The notes under the pieces: model-generated
What the model was told of the DNA's origin: nothing
The model's input: only the letters and a program-made list of their open reading frames with translations
Database searches by the model: none
In this document: positions 19,780-27,992 of the stretch, piece by piece
Numbering within the stretch: position 1 is the first letter of the stretch
Layout of the letters: each line of letters starts with the position of its first letter
Translations under genes and position numbers: made by a program
IMG/VR virus record: IMGVR_UViG_3300020044_004166
Span: 1-36,975 of that record
From: a virus
Taxonomy: Duplodnaviria > Caudoviricetes
Strand: one strand, 5' to 3'
DNA length: 36,975 bases

Positions 19780-20120
19780 TGAGCGGAGCAATTAACTATA
19801 GAACAGTAACTTTTACTGCCAGTACAACAAGTTCAGTATTGGATTTGGGTAGCGAAACACTTATGGGGATTACTATTCCTGCAGGTTTTACGGCAACAAC
19901 TCTTAAAATTCAAGGGGCTGATAAATCAAATGGCACTTTTGCTGATAGCGAGCTTGTTGCTGATGACATGACAGTAACTACATTTCAGTTTACTTGCGAT
20001 GGCACAAACGAAAGCAGATATTCATTCGGCAGTTCATTTCCGCCAGATGAAAGATATATCCGCTTTATAGCTGGTGCATCAACAACTGGCACAGTAATTG
20101 TAAGAACTAAAGGTGTATAA
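19779..20120 (+). CDS. Small beta-sandwich virion protein (fibre-associated)
   Basis: LDLG...GITIPAGFTATTL...YIRF pattern; precedes RBP. Confidence 0.6.
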   Translation: MSGAINYRTVTFTASTTSSVLDLGSETLMGITIPAGFTATTLKIQGADKSNGTFADSELVADDMTVTTFQFTCDGTNESRYSFGSSFPPDERYIRFIAGASTTGTVIVRTKGV

Positions 20121-22631
20121 ATGGGGCTATCCTCACCAATTTGGCGCAGACGTAGACGAGGCGGCTTCAACCCCGCTTCCATCGCAGGGCTTCAACAGGT
20201 GCTGTTTAATAAGCGGTTGCCCGTAGGCTCAACTGTGTTTGATGAAAGCCCGAACATGGGCGATGCACGTGGTGTTGTAACTGGTAGCGATTATCTATTC
20301 AATGGCACTACGCAATATGTTCAAACGGGGCTAAATTTCAACACGTTTTGCGCGGATTCGTTTAATATCGACGTGTGGCTTAACCCTACGGATGGGCAGC
20401 CAGCGGCATCGCAACTGGTGTTGGGTGGGCAAGACAACGCTACTGGATTAGGCGTGCAAGGCACTTTGGCAAACAACGGCGTTATTGTTGCTATTGAAAC
20501 GTCTGGCGTGCTGTCTTTTGCATACAAGGCAGGTGGAAATTATGCTATCTCGCAAACAGCCGCGGCGGTATTCGTCAACGGCGCTCAACCTGCGCCTCGC
20601 AAGTTCCGTTTTACCGCAACTGCGGGGGCGGGGCTGACCATCGGTGAGTTTTTAACACCACTAATTAGCAACGTGGTGACGCCGATTGCTTTGGGCATAA
20701 ATGGACTATTCTCAACCAACAACGTGGTGATGTCGTCATTTAGCTATAACGCCAATCTGTTTTTTGGCGCAAGAAATTCTCTTGGTACTGCAAACAGTTT
20801 TTACGCAGGGGAGGTTTTCGGCTTACAAATCTCCAATGCTTCATTTGTGGATTATGCATTCTATAAATGCAGCGAACGCTCAGGCACAGCAGCGTATGAT
20901 AGCTCAGGCAATGCTCGCACTGGTACGTTAATAGGCGGAGTGACACATTCAACGCAGAATATCTATTCATGGAATAATGAGGTGGGGTACACGGCGGGTA
21001 CTGGTTCAAACGGTGCAGCGGTTGGGGTGTTCATTCCTCGCAACGAAGCAAGCATTTTATTTGACGTTTTGGGCAACTCGCTTGGGTTCAAAGGACGCGC
21101 CCCGAATAATGCTTTGATGATAAACAGCTCATGCGTGAGCTATAACGGCACAACTCAATATGCGCTTACGACATGCAACCCCACAGCGGCGGGTTCAATT
21201 GAAACCCGATTTATTCTCACGGCTCTAAATGCGAGCAACGTGATACTTGCGGGTGTGCGCGATGCTACGGATACTCGGTGCTATCTGTCGCTCAATAACA
21301 ATGTTCTTTCGGGTGGTATTGGCTCGCAGTTATTCACAACAATTACAGGCGGTGGAACTTTAACGACTGGTGTGGAATATGTCGGAAAAATTGAATGGAC
21401 TGGCACAACTGTAACTTTATCGCTGAATGGCGCGGTGGTTTATAGCGCGGCTCAGGCTGGTGTGGTTGGAACGACACGCCCATTTGCCATTGCTGCATTT
21501 AACGATGTCGGCACAATCAACGGCTTCAGCAATGCTCGGGTTTATGATACTGTATTCCGTGATGGAGCTGGTGTAATTCAAGGCTCTTATGCTGCGGCAG
21601 AGTCATCGGGTGCTACTCTATTTGATAAGTCTAGTTTCGGTCGCCACGCTACGCTGGTAAACGCTCCAACATGGGCAACGCAAAACGGCTTCCACAATAA
21701 TGTCATTAATGGGTTCTCACGTTATCCAGTATTTGATGGCGCGGATGATGTTGTTAGTATGGCTGGCGTTTCTATTTTGAATAATTCATCAAATGCTTTC
21801 CGCATTAAGTTCAAAATGTATTCTTTTAGCATTGCTGGCGTACGTCGTATCGTAGCACAACAAACAGGTAGTACCTCATTTAAAGGGGTAAGCGTGTACA
21901 CAAATGGGGACGTACTGGCTTTGGATATTATTAACAATGCCACAGCGTCAATAAATCAATTATCGGCTAGGATAAAAGGTTTTACTCCGAGTGCAAATAC
22001 ATATTACGACATTGAAGTTATTTACTCAGGCAATAAGCTTGCGACTGGTGTGACGTGGATTATCAACGGCGTGACTTATTCATCTGTGGGGCTTGTGCAA
22101 ACACTTTCATCCGATGATGTTGCATCGGGTACTAATTTCACAGTTGGTAATGACAGCGGTGTTAGTAGTTACTGGTATAACGGTTTTGTGTGGGATGTGG
22201 AAATTTTAAACGGCTCAGGCACATTGCTTCATCATTGGGATGGTTTTGGTGCAGCTAATTCAGATTGGATAGATTCGGTAGGTGGCAATAATGGCACAGT
22301 TTCTGGTTCGCCAGCTATCAGAATGATACCAGCCGTCAACAGCACGATTGACGCTATCGGTGCGCCTACACGCAACCCTGCGGGGGTGTGGCATAACGGC
22401 GCGGGTACGCAGCTAGATTTAACTGGTGGCGTGGCATCACCTGCTGCGGTTCAAGGGTCATGGGAAACTGCATGGGCATTTAATACAGCTAGAACAAATC
22501 CTAGATTTAAACGCACCACAACCAAAAATGGTAGTGATTATAGGGCAGATAGGTTCTTAGCGTATCAATCAACACTTTCAGGCGCAGATTTAACCAAGGC
22601 AGAAAACGCAACAGCAACGAGGGCAATATGA
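20121..22631 (+). CDS. Receptor-binding protein with repeated LamG/concanavalin-A-like domains
   Basis: Three repeats starting FNGTTQYV / YNGTTQYA / FDGADDVV, with ESSG...DSS/DKS...G linkers. Confidence 0.75.
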   Translation: MGLSSPIWRRRRRGGFNPASIAGLQQVLFNKRLPVGSTVFDESPNMGDARGVVTGSDYLFNGTTQYVQTGLNFNTFCADSFNIDVWLNPTDGQPAASQLVLGGQDNATGLGVQGTLANNGVIVAIETSGVLSFAYKAGGNYAISQTAAAVFVNGAQPAPRKFRFTATAGAGLTIGEFLTPLISNVVTPIALGINGLFSTNNVVMSSFSYNANLFFGARNSLGTANSFYAGEVFGLQISNASFVDYAFYKCSERSGTAAYDSSGNARTGTLIGGVTHSTQNIYSWNNEVGYTAGTGSNGAAVGVFIPRNEASILFDVLGNSLGFKGRAPNNALMINSSCVSYNGTTQYALTTCNPTAAGSIETRFILTALNASNVILAGVRDATDTRCYLSLNNNVLSGGIGSQLFTTITGGGTLTTGVEYVGKIEWTGTTVTLSLNGAVVYSAAQAGVVGTTRPFAIAAFNDVGTINGFSNARVYDTVFRDGAGVIQGSYAAAESSGATLFDKSSFGRHATLVNAPTWATQNGFHNNVINGFSRYPVFDGADDVVSMAGVSILNNSSNAFRIKFKMYSFSIAGVRRIVAQQTGSTSFKGVSVYTNGDVLALDIINNATASINQLSARIKGFTPSANTYYDIEVIYSGNKLATGVTWIINGVTYSSVGLVQTLSSDDVASGTNFTVGNDSGVSSYWYNGFVWDVEILNGSGTLLHHWDGFGAANSDWIDSVGGNNGTVSGSPAIRMIPAVNSTIDAIGAPTRNPAGVWHNGAGTQLDLTGGVASPAAVQGSWETAWAFNTARTNPRFKRTTTKNGSDYRADRFLAYQSTLSGADLTKAENATATRAI

Positions 22632-23269
22632 TTAGAATTACACTACCATTATCAGCATACAATACATTTAAAGAAGATATACGTGAGAGTGTGGATAGGG
22701 GTTTTCTTGCTGCAATTGAAGGCAATAATATTATTCAATGGACAGATGGGCTTTTGTTTGATGACTCGGACAGAGACGCTATTATTGCAGCAGGTGGCAG
22801 CGTAGATGTTTTTGAGGGAATACAAGACGCAAAACCAAATCCTATTACTGAGCCATCATTAGAAATTATTTTACCTATAGAGAAATACCAAGATTTCAAA
22901 GATGATATAAGAGAAAGCGTTGATAGGGGCTACCCTATTAAAATTATTGATGGGGTGCTTTCTCAAAAAACCAATGGGCTTTTCTTTGAAAAAGCAGATG
23001 CCGAAGCAATTGTTGCAGCGGGTGGCGATGTGTTGAATTGGGCTACATTCCTTGAAATCGTACCAAGCGAGCCTTGTTTATTTAATGAGGAGCTAACTTG
23101 GCTGGAATATGCAACTGCAATGTCACATGTACCAACAGAAATCAACGGCGCATTTTATTTGGAGTTGAAAGAAGTTGATGGCGTAACAGCAAAACCAGCT
23201 TCAGAAATTATCAACTTGGATTATTTAACCATTGATGAAGTGAGAGCTTTGCAACTTGCAGCTGAATAA
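22628..23269 (+). CDS. Acidic protein with internal duplication, possible RBP chaperone
   Basis: Two copies of FK(E/D)DIRESVDRG...T(D/N)GL.F...D..AI.AAGG.V. Confidence 0.6.
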   Translation: MIRITLPLSAYNTFKEDIRESVDRGFLAAIEGNNIIQWTDGLLFDDSDRDAIIAAGGSVDVFEGIQDAKPNPITEPSLEIILPIEKYQDFKDDIRESVDRGYPIKIIDGVLSQKTNGLFFEKADAEAIVAAGGDVLNWATFLEIVPSEPCLFNEELTWLEYATAMSHVPTEINGAFYLELKEVDGVTAKPASEIINLDYLTIDEVRALQLAAE

Positions 23270-23290
23270 AAAATATGATAAGGTGAGAAT

Positions 23291-23530
23291 ATGGATATGT
23301 TGCAGCATATATTTGAATACGTAGTTGGGTCATTATTTGCTGTAGGCGCTTGGCTGTGGAAAAGCTTAGTTTACAGAGTAAGGGATTTAGAGGAAAAACA
23401 CCACGACTTAGAAGTTAAGCTCAACGATAAATTTATTGAAAAGCTTGATGAAGTGCGTAAAGAAATCAAGCAAGATATACAAAAGATTGCTGATAAACTG
23501 GATAGCAAACAAGATAAAAAAAGGAGTTAA
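23291..23530 (+). CDS. Putative holin/antiholin (N-terminal TM plus coiled coil)
   Basis: AAGGTGA SD; YVVGSLFAVGAWLW TM; start of lysis cassette. Confidence 0.55.
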   Translation: MDMLQHIFEYVVGSLFAVGAWLWKSLVYRVRDLEEKHHDLEVKLNDKFIEKLDEVRKEIKQDIQKIADKLDSKQDKKRS

Positions 23531-23532
23531 TC

Positions 23533-23727
23533 ATGGAATACGTAGATAAGATTATTGAACTTGGCAGCTATCCTGCTGTTGGAGTTGTTCTAGCTAACTT
23601 GGTGACAATGTTTATTGATGACAAGAAGGTTGCAAAAGCAAACACAATCATTCAGGCAATTGTGAAAGTGTTGAACTTCCTAGCTTTGAACGTGTTGAAA
23701 AACGCAAATAAAGGTACGAAACCATAA
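23533..23727 (+). CDS. Putative holin (two hydrophobic segments)
   Basis: AGGAG SD; AVGVVLANLVTMF...IVKVLNFLALN. Confidence 0.55.
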   Translation: MEYVDKIIELGSYPAVGVVLANLVTMFIDDKKVAKANTIIQAIVKVLNFLALNVLKNANKGTKP

Positions 23728-23957
23728 TGGAAATATACGCGCTAGGCTTGCTGATTATTTTAGGGTTAATTTGGCTCGCCTTGCGTGTATCCAAAAGCTC
23801 AGGCTATAAAGAAGCTAAACTTGAAACCAGTGAGGCAGAAAATGAAACCATCAAAGAAAACATTAAGGCTACAGCAATTAAAGAGCATGAGCTTGCTACT
23901 GCTAGTGATGATGAGCGTATCAGGTTGCGTAAAAAGTGGAGTAAATCCAAACCTTAA
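23727..23957 (+). CDS. Inner-membrane spanin (Rz-like)
   Basis: N-terminal TM, periplasmic coiled coil, overlapped out of frame by a lipoprotein. Confidence 0.7.
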   Translation: MEIYALGLLIILGLIWLALRVSKSSGYKEAKLETSEAENETIKENIKATAIKEHELATASDDERIRLRKKWSKSKP

Positions 23958-24084
23958 TGGGTGTGATTGGTTCAAACCCGTGTATCTTGATGATGCTGAT
24001 ATTCTGACTCAATACACGGAAGATGCCATTGTTCGCAATAATGAGCTATGGGAAATGAAATGCTTGACAAAAAAGGGTGCGTAA
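23842..24084 (+). CDS. Outer-membrane spanin lipoprotein (Rz1-like)
   Basis: Signal LLLLVMMS plus lipobox VSGC; C..F.P...D......I..NN....C pattern; start 23842 or later. Confidence 0.75.
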   Translation: MKPSKKTLRLQQLKSMSLLLLVMMSVSGCVKSGVNPNLNGCDWFKPVYLDDADILTQYTEDAIVRNNELWEMKCLTKKGA

Positions 24085-24312
24085 ATGAGTAACGTTATAG
24101 ATTTACCAGTTATTACAAAACTTGACATTAATCCTGATAAGGTTTTGCAAAAAGCTATTGGCGAAGTCAAAGAAGTTATCATTATTGGTTATGATAATAA
24201 TGACGAATTTTATTTTGGTAGTAGCAAAAGTGGCGTGAGTGAGCTTAATTTATTATTAGATATAGCTAAGAAAAGACTTCTAGATGCCTTTGAAAGAGGG
24301 GAGTTGCAATAA
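24085..24312 (+). CDS. Conserved small phage hypothetical protein
   Basis: PDKVL..A...EVIIIGYD...FYFGSS. Confidence 0.6.
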   Translation: MSNVIDLPVITKLDINPDKVLQKAIGEVKEVIIIGYDNNDEFYFGSSKSGVSELNLLLDIAKKRLLDAFERGELQ

Positions 24313-24770
24313 TGACTGGTTATATCCAGCGATATTTCGGCAAGAAGGTTTATTTACCAAGGGAAAGAATGAAAGAAATTATTTTAAAACGCATATCACA
24401 AACTAAGCTTTCAACCTTTGGCGTGATGATTTATAATGATTTGCCTTTTGTGGTAACGCTTGAGGAAGCTTGGCGGGAAAACAAACGCTCAATTTCTTGC
24501 ATACCAGAGGGGCGTTATTTATGCCGCCCTTATACCTCAGCTAAATATAAAAATGTTTGGGAGCTGCAAGGCGTACCAGATAGAAGTAAAATTCTTATCC
24601 ATGCAGGCAACACACATTTGAACACTGAGGGTTGTATACTCGTAGGAAGCCAATTTCAGCCCGTAGGAGGTGTGGAAGGTGTCCAGCAAAGCAAAGAGGC
24701 GTTAGATGAGCTAAGAGTGCTGGTAGGGCTTCAAAATAGCTTTTGGCTGGTGGTTGAAGGGGTGAAATGA
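24312..24770 (+). CDS. DUF5675-family protein, putative endolysin
   Basis: TLE...SCIPEGRY...VPDRSKILIHAGN...TEGCILVG signature; in lysis cassette; start may be 24369. Confidence 0.75.
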   Translation: MTGYIQRYFGKKVYLPRERMKEIILKRISQTKLSTFGVMIYNDLPFVVTLEEAWRENKRSISCIPEGRYLCRPYTSAKYKNVWELQGVPDRSKILIHAGNTHLNTEGCILVGSQFQPVGGVEGVQQSKEALDELRVLVGLQNSFWLVVEGVK

Positions 24771-24922
24771 TTATTGATGCCGTTGACATATTTGTTGAAC
24801 GCCAGAAAGAAGTTTTATTTGACCGCAAATTAATGAGTGATTACGGATTAGAATTGCAAGAGATAGATTGCTTTATCTTGATTGATGACCGCATGTTTGC
24901 ATTCATTCCTGAGAAAGAATAA
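24767..24922 (+). CDS. 51-aa hypothetical protein
   Basis: ATGA overlap with previous gene; MIIDAVDIFVERQKEVLFD... Confidence 0.5.
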   Translation: MIIDAVDIFVERQKEVLFDRKLMSDYGLELQEIDCFILIDDRMFAFIPEKE

Positions 24923-25202
24923 GGCGGGTAGAATAATCTACGTCATTACAAGCTAACGCTGCCAGACTTGGCATTAAGTAACCGAACTCTCTATGGAGTC
25001 GCCGCCATAAGTTACCCCCGTTTATTAAACTGACAGGGCGCATATGCTACGAAAACATATGGACGCTTCATTTGCACTCGTTTACTAGTACCATGCAACG
25101 ATAGGCGCTTAACGTCAAACCGCCAGACATTTCCAGCAGTTATTTTAGGATATACCTGTAGACTCACTTGCAAGTTACCCCCACTCGTGCGGAAGCTGAG
25201 TC
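24923..25202 (-). ncRNA. Candidate ~280-nt highly structured ncRNA of unrecognised family
   Basis: No ORF in track; own promoter; about ten stems with G-U pairs favouring the - strand; predicted +1 is first base of a stem. Confidence 0.7.
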
Positions 25203-25208
25203 AATCCA

Positions 25209-25237
25209 ACTATAAGGGATTTCCAAACAGTTGTCAA
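25209..25237 (-). promoter_or_regulatory. Sigma70 promoter of the candidate ncRNA
   Basis: TTGACA (25237-25232), 17 bp, TATAGT (25214-25209). Confidence 0.8.
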
Positions 25238-25245
25238 GCTATATC

Positions 25246-25292
25246 AAGTTTACTATAGTTTAGTGTGTAACTGCATAAACTAGGATAAACTT
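25246..25292. repeat. Phased inverted repeat, (A/T)AGTTTA x2 ... TAAACT(A/T) x2
   Basis: aagttta 25246, tagttta 25256, taaacta 25276, taaactt 25286. Confidence 0.6.
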
Positions 25293-25295
25293 AAT

Positions 25296-25333
25296 AAAAA
25301 ACCCCGCTACCTCATGGAGATAAAGTAGCGGGG
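25296..25333 (-). terminator. Rho-independent terminator of the leftward early operon
   Basis: - strand CCCCGCTAC...GTAGCGGGG followed by TTTTTT. Confidence 0.85.
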
Positions 25334-25376
25334 AAATCTAGTAGCTCTTTCAAAAAACCAATGGATTATAGCACGA

Positions 25377-25643
25377 CTAAGAATGGTTATCAAGATAATT
25401 CATAACGTGATAGTAGGTTTTCTTACGCATTGATGCGCCGTAAAACCAATTAGCAATAGTTTGATATGGCAAGCTTAACCTCTTGCTCAAATCGTAAAAC
25501 GTGTATTTATATTTGCGCTTGTGTATTTTAAGCAACAGTACCATTAATTGAGGATTTGGCGCAGGATAAATAACTGGCGTTGATGCGTGTTGCAATCTTA
25601 CCATAGTTCTTTTTAGCCATTGTTGGTGTGGACAGTTCATCAA
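25377..25643 (-). CDS. HTH DNA-binding protein
   Basis: TFYDLSKRLSLPYQTIANWFYG helix-turn-helix pattern. Confidence 0.6.
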   Translation of the reverse strand: MMNCPHQQWLKRTMVRLQHASTPVIYPAPNPQLMVLLLKIHKRKYKYTFYDLSKRLSLPYQTIANWFYGASMRKKTYYHVMNYLDNHS

Positions 25644-25647
25644 AACC

Positions 25648-25956
25648 TCACATATTATTTAACTTTTCTAATTCTTCTTTCTTCAACTTAATACTAGCTA
25701 TGTATTTATAATACTCTTTATGCCCTTTTTCCACATTGCAGGTTTTACAAGCCATAACTAGGTTTTCTATGACTTTACACCCTCCCTTGCTTCTTGGAAT
25801 AATATGGTCTAGGCTTCTCTCGCCTATGGGTGTATAATTGCCACAATAATGGCAAAAATTACTTTGCAATACATACGATTTAACGGCTCTAGCGTTTCTA
25901 GTTCCCGCCCCTTTTTCTGGTGTCAATTCATATATTTTCTCAAAAGATACTGGCAT
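25648..25956 (-). CDS. HNH endonuclease (McrA-type, Zn-finger)
   Basis: CHYCG...LDHIIPRSKGG...NLVMACKTCNVEKG. Confidence 0.9.
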   Translation of the reverse strand: MPVSFEKIYELTPEKGAGTRNARAVKSYVLQSNFCHYCGNYTPIGERSLDHIIPRSKGGCKVIENLVMACKTCNVEKGHKEYYKYIASIKLKKEELEKLNNM

Positions 25957-25957
25957 T

Positions 25958-26188
25958 TCAAAACCTCACTTCTGCGTTTGCCCAAAAATACTTATCTGCG
26001 TTAATGCTATCAAGCTTAGATTTTTTTTTAGGTGCGTTTCTTGCCCTTCTTTCGGCGGTTATATAATCTTGCAAGTCACGGATTTCTTGGCGTATCCAAA
26101 TAAGCTCAGGTTGGTTAGCATCTCTGTTTTTCATTAGCTTATCACGCAATGAGCGCAGTTCTTTAAGTCTGATTTCTTCTGGCGTCAT
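25958..26188 (-). CDS. Hypothetical protein
   Basis: AGGAG SD; contiguous in operon. Confidence 0.6.
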   Translation of the reverse strand: MTPEEIRLKELRSLRDKLMKNRDANQPELIWIRQEIRDLQDYITAERRARNAPKKKSKLDSINADKYFWANAEVRF

Positions 26189-26191
26189 TCT

Positions 26192-26398
26192 CTATTCTCC
26201 TAATCGTTTCTTTGCATTATCCATAATTTCATCACGCTTTTCTTGTGGCAAATCTTCCCACGTTGTGTAATCCACGCCATTGAAGCATATTTGAAAAGGC
26301 TCATCAAGCTGGCAAGTATTGCATATCCACCTATCGCCTTTGCGTTTAGCTTCGCAGTAATAGATTATATCTCTGTTTTGGTATTGCTTGCAGGTCAT
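26192..26398 (-). CDS. Hypothetical Cys-rich protein
   Basis: GAGG SD; CNTC motif. Confidence 0.55.
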   Translation of the reverse strand: MTCKQYQNRDIIYYCEAKRKGDRWICNTCQLDEPFQICFNGVDYTTWEDLPQEKRDEIMDNAKKRLGE

Positions 26399-26407
26399 AA
26401 TGCCTCG

Positions 26408-26554
26408 TTATCCATTAAATATAGAAATTACTTCTTGCCACGCTAAAGCTATTATAAAGGCAAGAAGCGTCACGCTCCCAATAAAACATAAAATCAGCGT
26501 TATATAAGTAGCTGTAAAACATACTAATCCTAAAAATCGTGTAAATATACTCAT
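26408..26554 (-). CDS. 48-aa hydrophobic membrane peptide
   Basis: ATGA overlap and GAGG SD; MSIFTRFLGLVCFTATYITLILCFIGSVTLLAFIIALAWQEVISIFNG; read by hand. Confidence 0.55.
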   Translation of the reverse strand: MSIFTRFLGLVCFTATYITLILCFIGSVTLLAFIIALAWQEVISIFNG

Positions 26555-26835
26555 TTGGCTGCCTCGTTGTGTTGTAGTGCTGCTTTCAACTTCATAATCT
26601 CCATATCCTTTTCATCAAGCATAGTAGCGTGAAGCATAAGCTTGTGCTTTAGGTCGGCATTCTCGGCTTGGAGTTGGGCTTGCGCTGCTTGCCATGCTTC
26701 CCATTCATTATTTATTGGCTGTATATAACTTCCGTCATAATCCATATCACGACTGAAATTTTTCATGCGGTAATAATCTGCTGCCCAAGCCTCAAACGCT
26801 TCACGACACGGCTTCAATTCCGTTTCTTTATTCAT
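26551..26835 (-). CDS. Hypothetical phage protein (REAFEAW...WEAWQAA family)
   Basis: Common lambdoid early-region motif; start at 26835 after GGGG SD. Confidence 0.65.
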   Translation of the reverse strand: MNKETELKPCREAFEAWAADYYRMKNFSRDMDYDGSYIQPINNEWEAWQAAQAQLQAENADLKHKLMLHATMLDEKDMEIMKLKAALQHNEAAK

Positions 26836-27118
26836 TTTTACCCCACTCACTAGGTTTTACATTTATAATACATTTCTCACGTTCTTCTTTCAGCGTTTTC
26901 AAAGTGGCGCAATCACTCTCGCTTAGTTTGGTGTATGAAATACTGAGATGCGCCTTTGTATCACCCCATAAATTTCGCCCATGTTCAGGTGTTGGTGGCA
27001 AATTATTTACAAAGCTCTGCAAGTCTTTCAAAGTCCCAATAAATTTGTGGGTGACTGTTATTTCTAATAAATCACCATCAGTAATTACGTCAGATTGCCA
27101 ATATTTATTTTTACTCAT
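26828..27118 (-). CDS. Hypothetical protein
   Basis: ATGA overlap, contiguous. Confidence 0.55.
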   Translation of the reverse strand: MSKNKYWQSDVITDGDLLEITVTHKFIGTLKDLQSFVNNLPPTPEHGRNLWGDTKAHLSISYTKLSESDCATLKTLKEEREKCIINVKPSEWGKNE

Positions 27119-27624
27119 TCCCGCCCCGCTTTGTATGATTGATATTGTGCTAGCTTCTTGTTGGTTGCGGCGAACTCGCCAAAATACAGCAAAGCGGCAG
27201 CATCGTAAGCCATTGCTGCTTCTTTTTCATCTACAAAAAGCCCAAGATGTTTATGTTTGTAATTCACTTTAATATATGCAACCCATTTTCCAGTAGCTTT
27301 ATGCCAACCCACCCCTTTGAATTTTGAAGTGCCGCCTTTTCTAAGTTTTCTATTCCTGCTATTTTCTGCTTGCGAGCAAAAACGAAGATTTGATTTGCGA
27401 TTGTCTAGCGCATCACCGTTTATATGGTCAATATTGAATCCCTTATCTGCGCTTAGTATAACGCGATGCATGAGTAAGGTTTTATCTCTCGCGTTTCTAG
27501 CTGCATAACCATAGCAGGTGTAAAACCACTTGAATTGCATTAAATGGTCGTAGTCCTCCGCATCAACTATTGCGAATTTACCTTGCGTTAGCGGTATTAA
27601 TTTGGTATCTTGGGAAATATCCAT
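27115..27624 (-). CDS. HNH-AP2 homing-type endonuclease
   Basis: IPLTQGKFAIVD, MHRVIL, DHINGDALDNRKSNLR, SKFKGV...AAMAYD; ATG 27624 with GGAGG SD. Confidence 0.9.
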   Translation of the reverse strand: MDISQDTKLIPLTQGKFAIVDAEDYDHLMQFKWFYTCYGYAARNARDKTLLMHRVILSADKGFNIDHINGDALDNRKSNLRFCSQAENSRNRKLRKGGTSKFKGVGWHKATGKWVAYIKVNYKHKHLGLFVDEKEAAMAYDAAALLYFGEFAATNKKLAQYQSYKAGRE

Positions 27625-27704
27625 GACGCACCTCCAGTGCTTTATGGTTGGGCAGTTGAGAACCCCACGTTCTTGCTGCCCTTTATTTTTACCAATTTTT
27701 ATAG

Positions 27705-27992
27705 CTAATTGCAAGACTTTAATTCCTTAATTTCCAAAGTTAACGACTCAACCTTCGCCTCAAGGCTGCGGATTATGTCTACCATTTCGGGGGCTTGCTT
27801 AATAAATGCAGCATCAGCCTCCGAGCCAGTTCCCTTTGAAACTTTAGCAATAATAGGAGTTCCATAGTTTGTATTTAGTGCAATAATCTGAATATACACA
27901 TCTTTTGGAGAGCCATACCAGCCCCACTCACCCTGCGTTCTTTCCCTATCCAGCGCATAAATATTCTCTATTCTAGTTTTTAAGTCTGTCAT
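27705..27992 (-). CDS. Ead/Ea22-like hypothetical protein
   Basis: TQGEW...DAAFIKQAP pattern; start 27992 with AAGGA SD. Confidence 0.6.
   Translation of the reverse strand: MTDLKTRIENIYALDRERTQGEWGWYGSPKDVYIQIIALNTNYGTPIIAKVSKGTGSEADAAFIKQAPEMVDIIRSLEAKVESLTLEIKELKSCN

Noticed and set aside
18428-23269. Diversity-generating retroelement, expected from BPP-1-like gene order
   Set aside because: No reverse transcriptase and no TR/VR pair differing only at adenines was seen.
25009-25150. tmRNA-like stretch UAAAAUAACUGCU on the - strand
   Set aside because: No tag ending in AA-stop and no tRNA-like ends (T-loop, CCA).
24923-25956. OMEGA/HEARO-type RNA-guided nuclease (HNH plus RNA)
   Set aside because: HNH is only 102 aa with no RuvC/PLMP segments, is separated from the RNA by another gene and a terminator, and no transposon ends were seen; kept only as a weak hypothesis.
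27625-27714. N-terminal extensions in the ORF track (27714, 28085, 29223, 30460, 113, 33667, 36529 starts)
   Set aside because: They overlap upstream genes or regulatory DNA; downstream starts have SD, coupling or promoter support and match where the domains begin.
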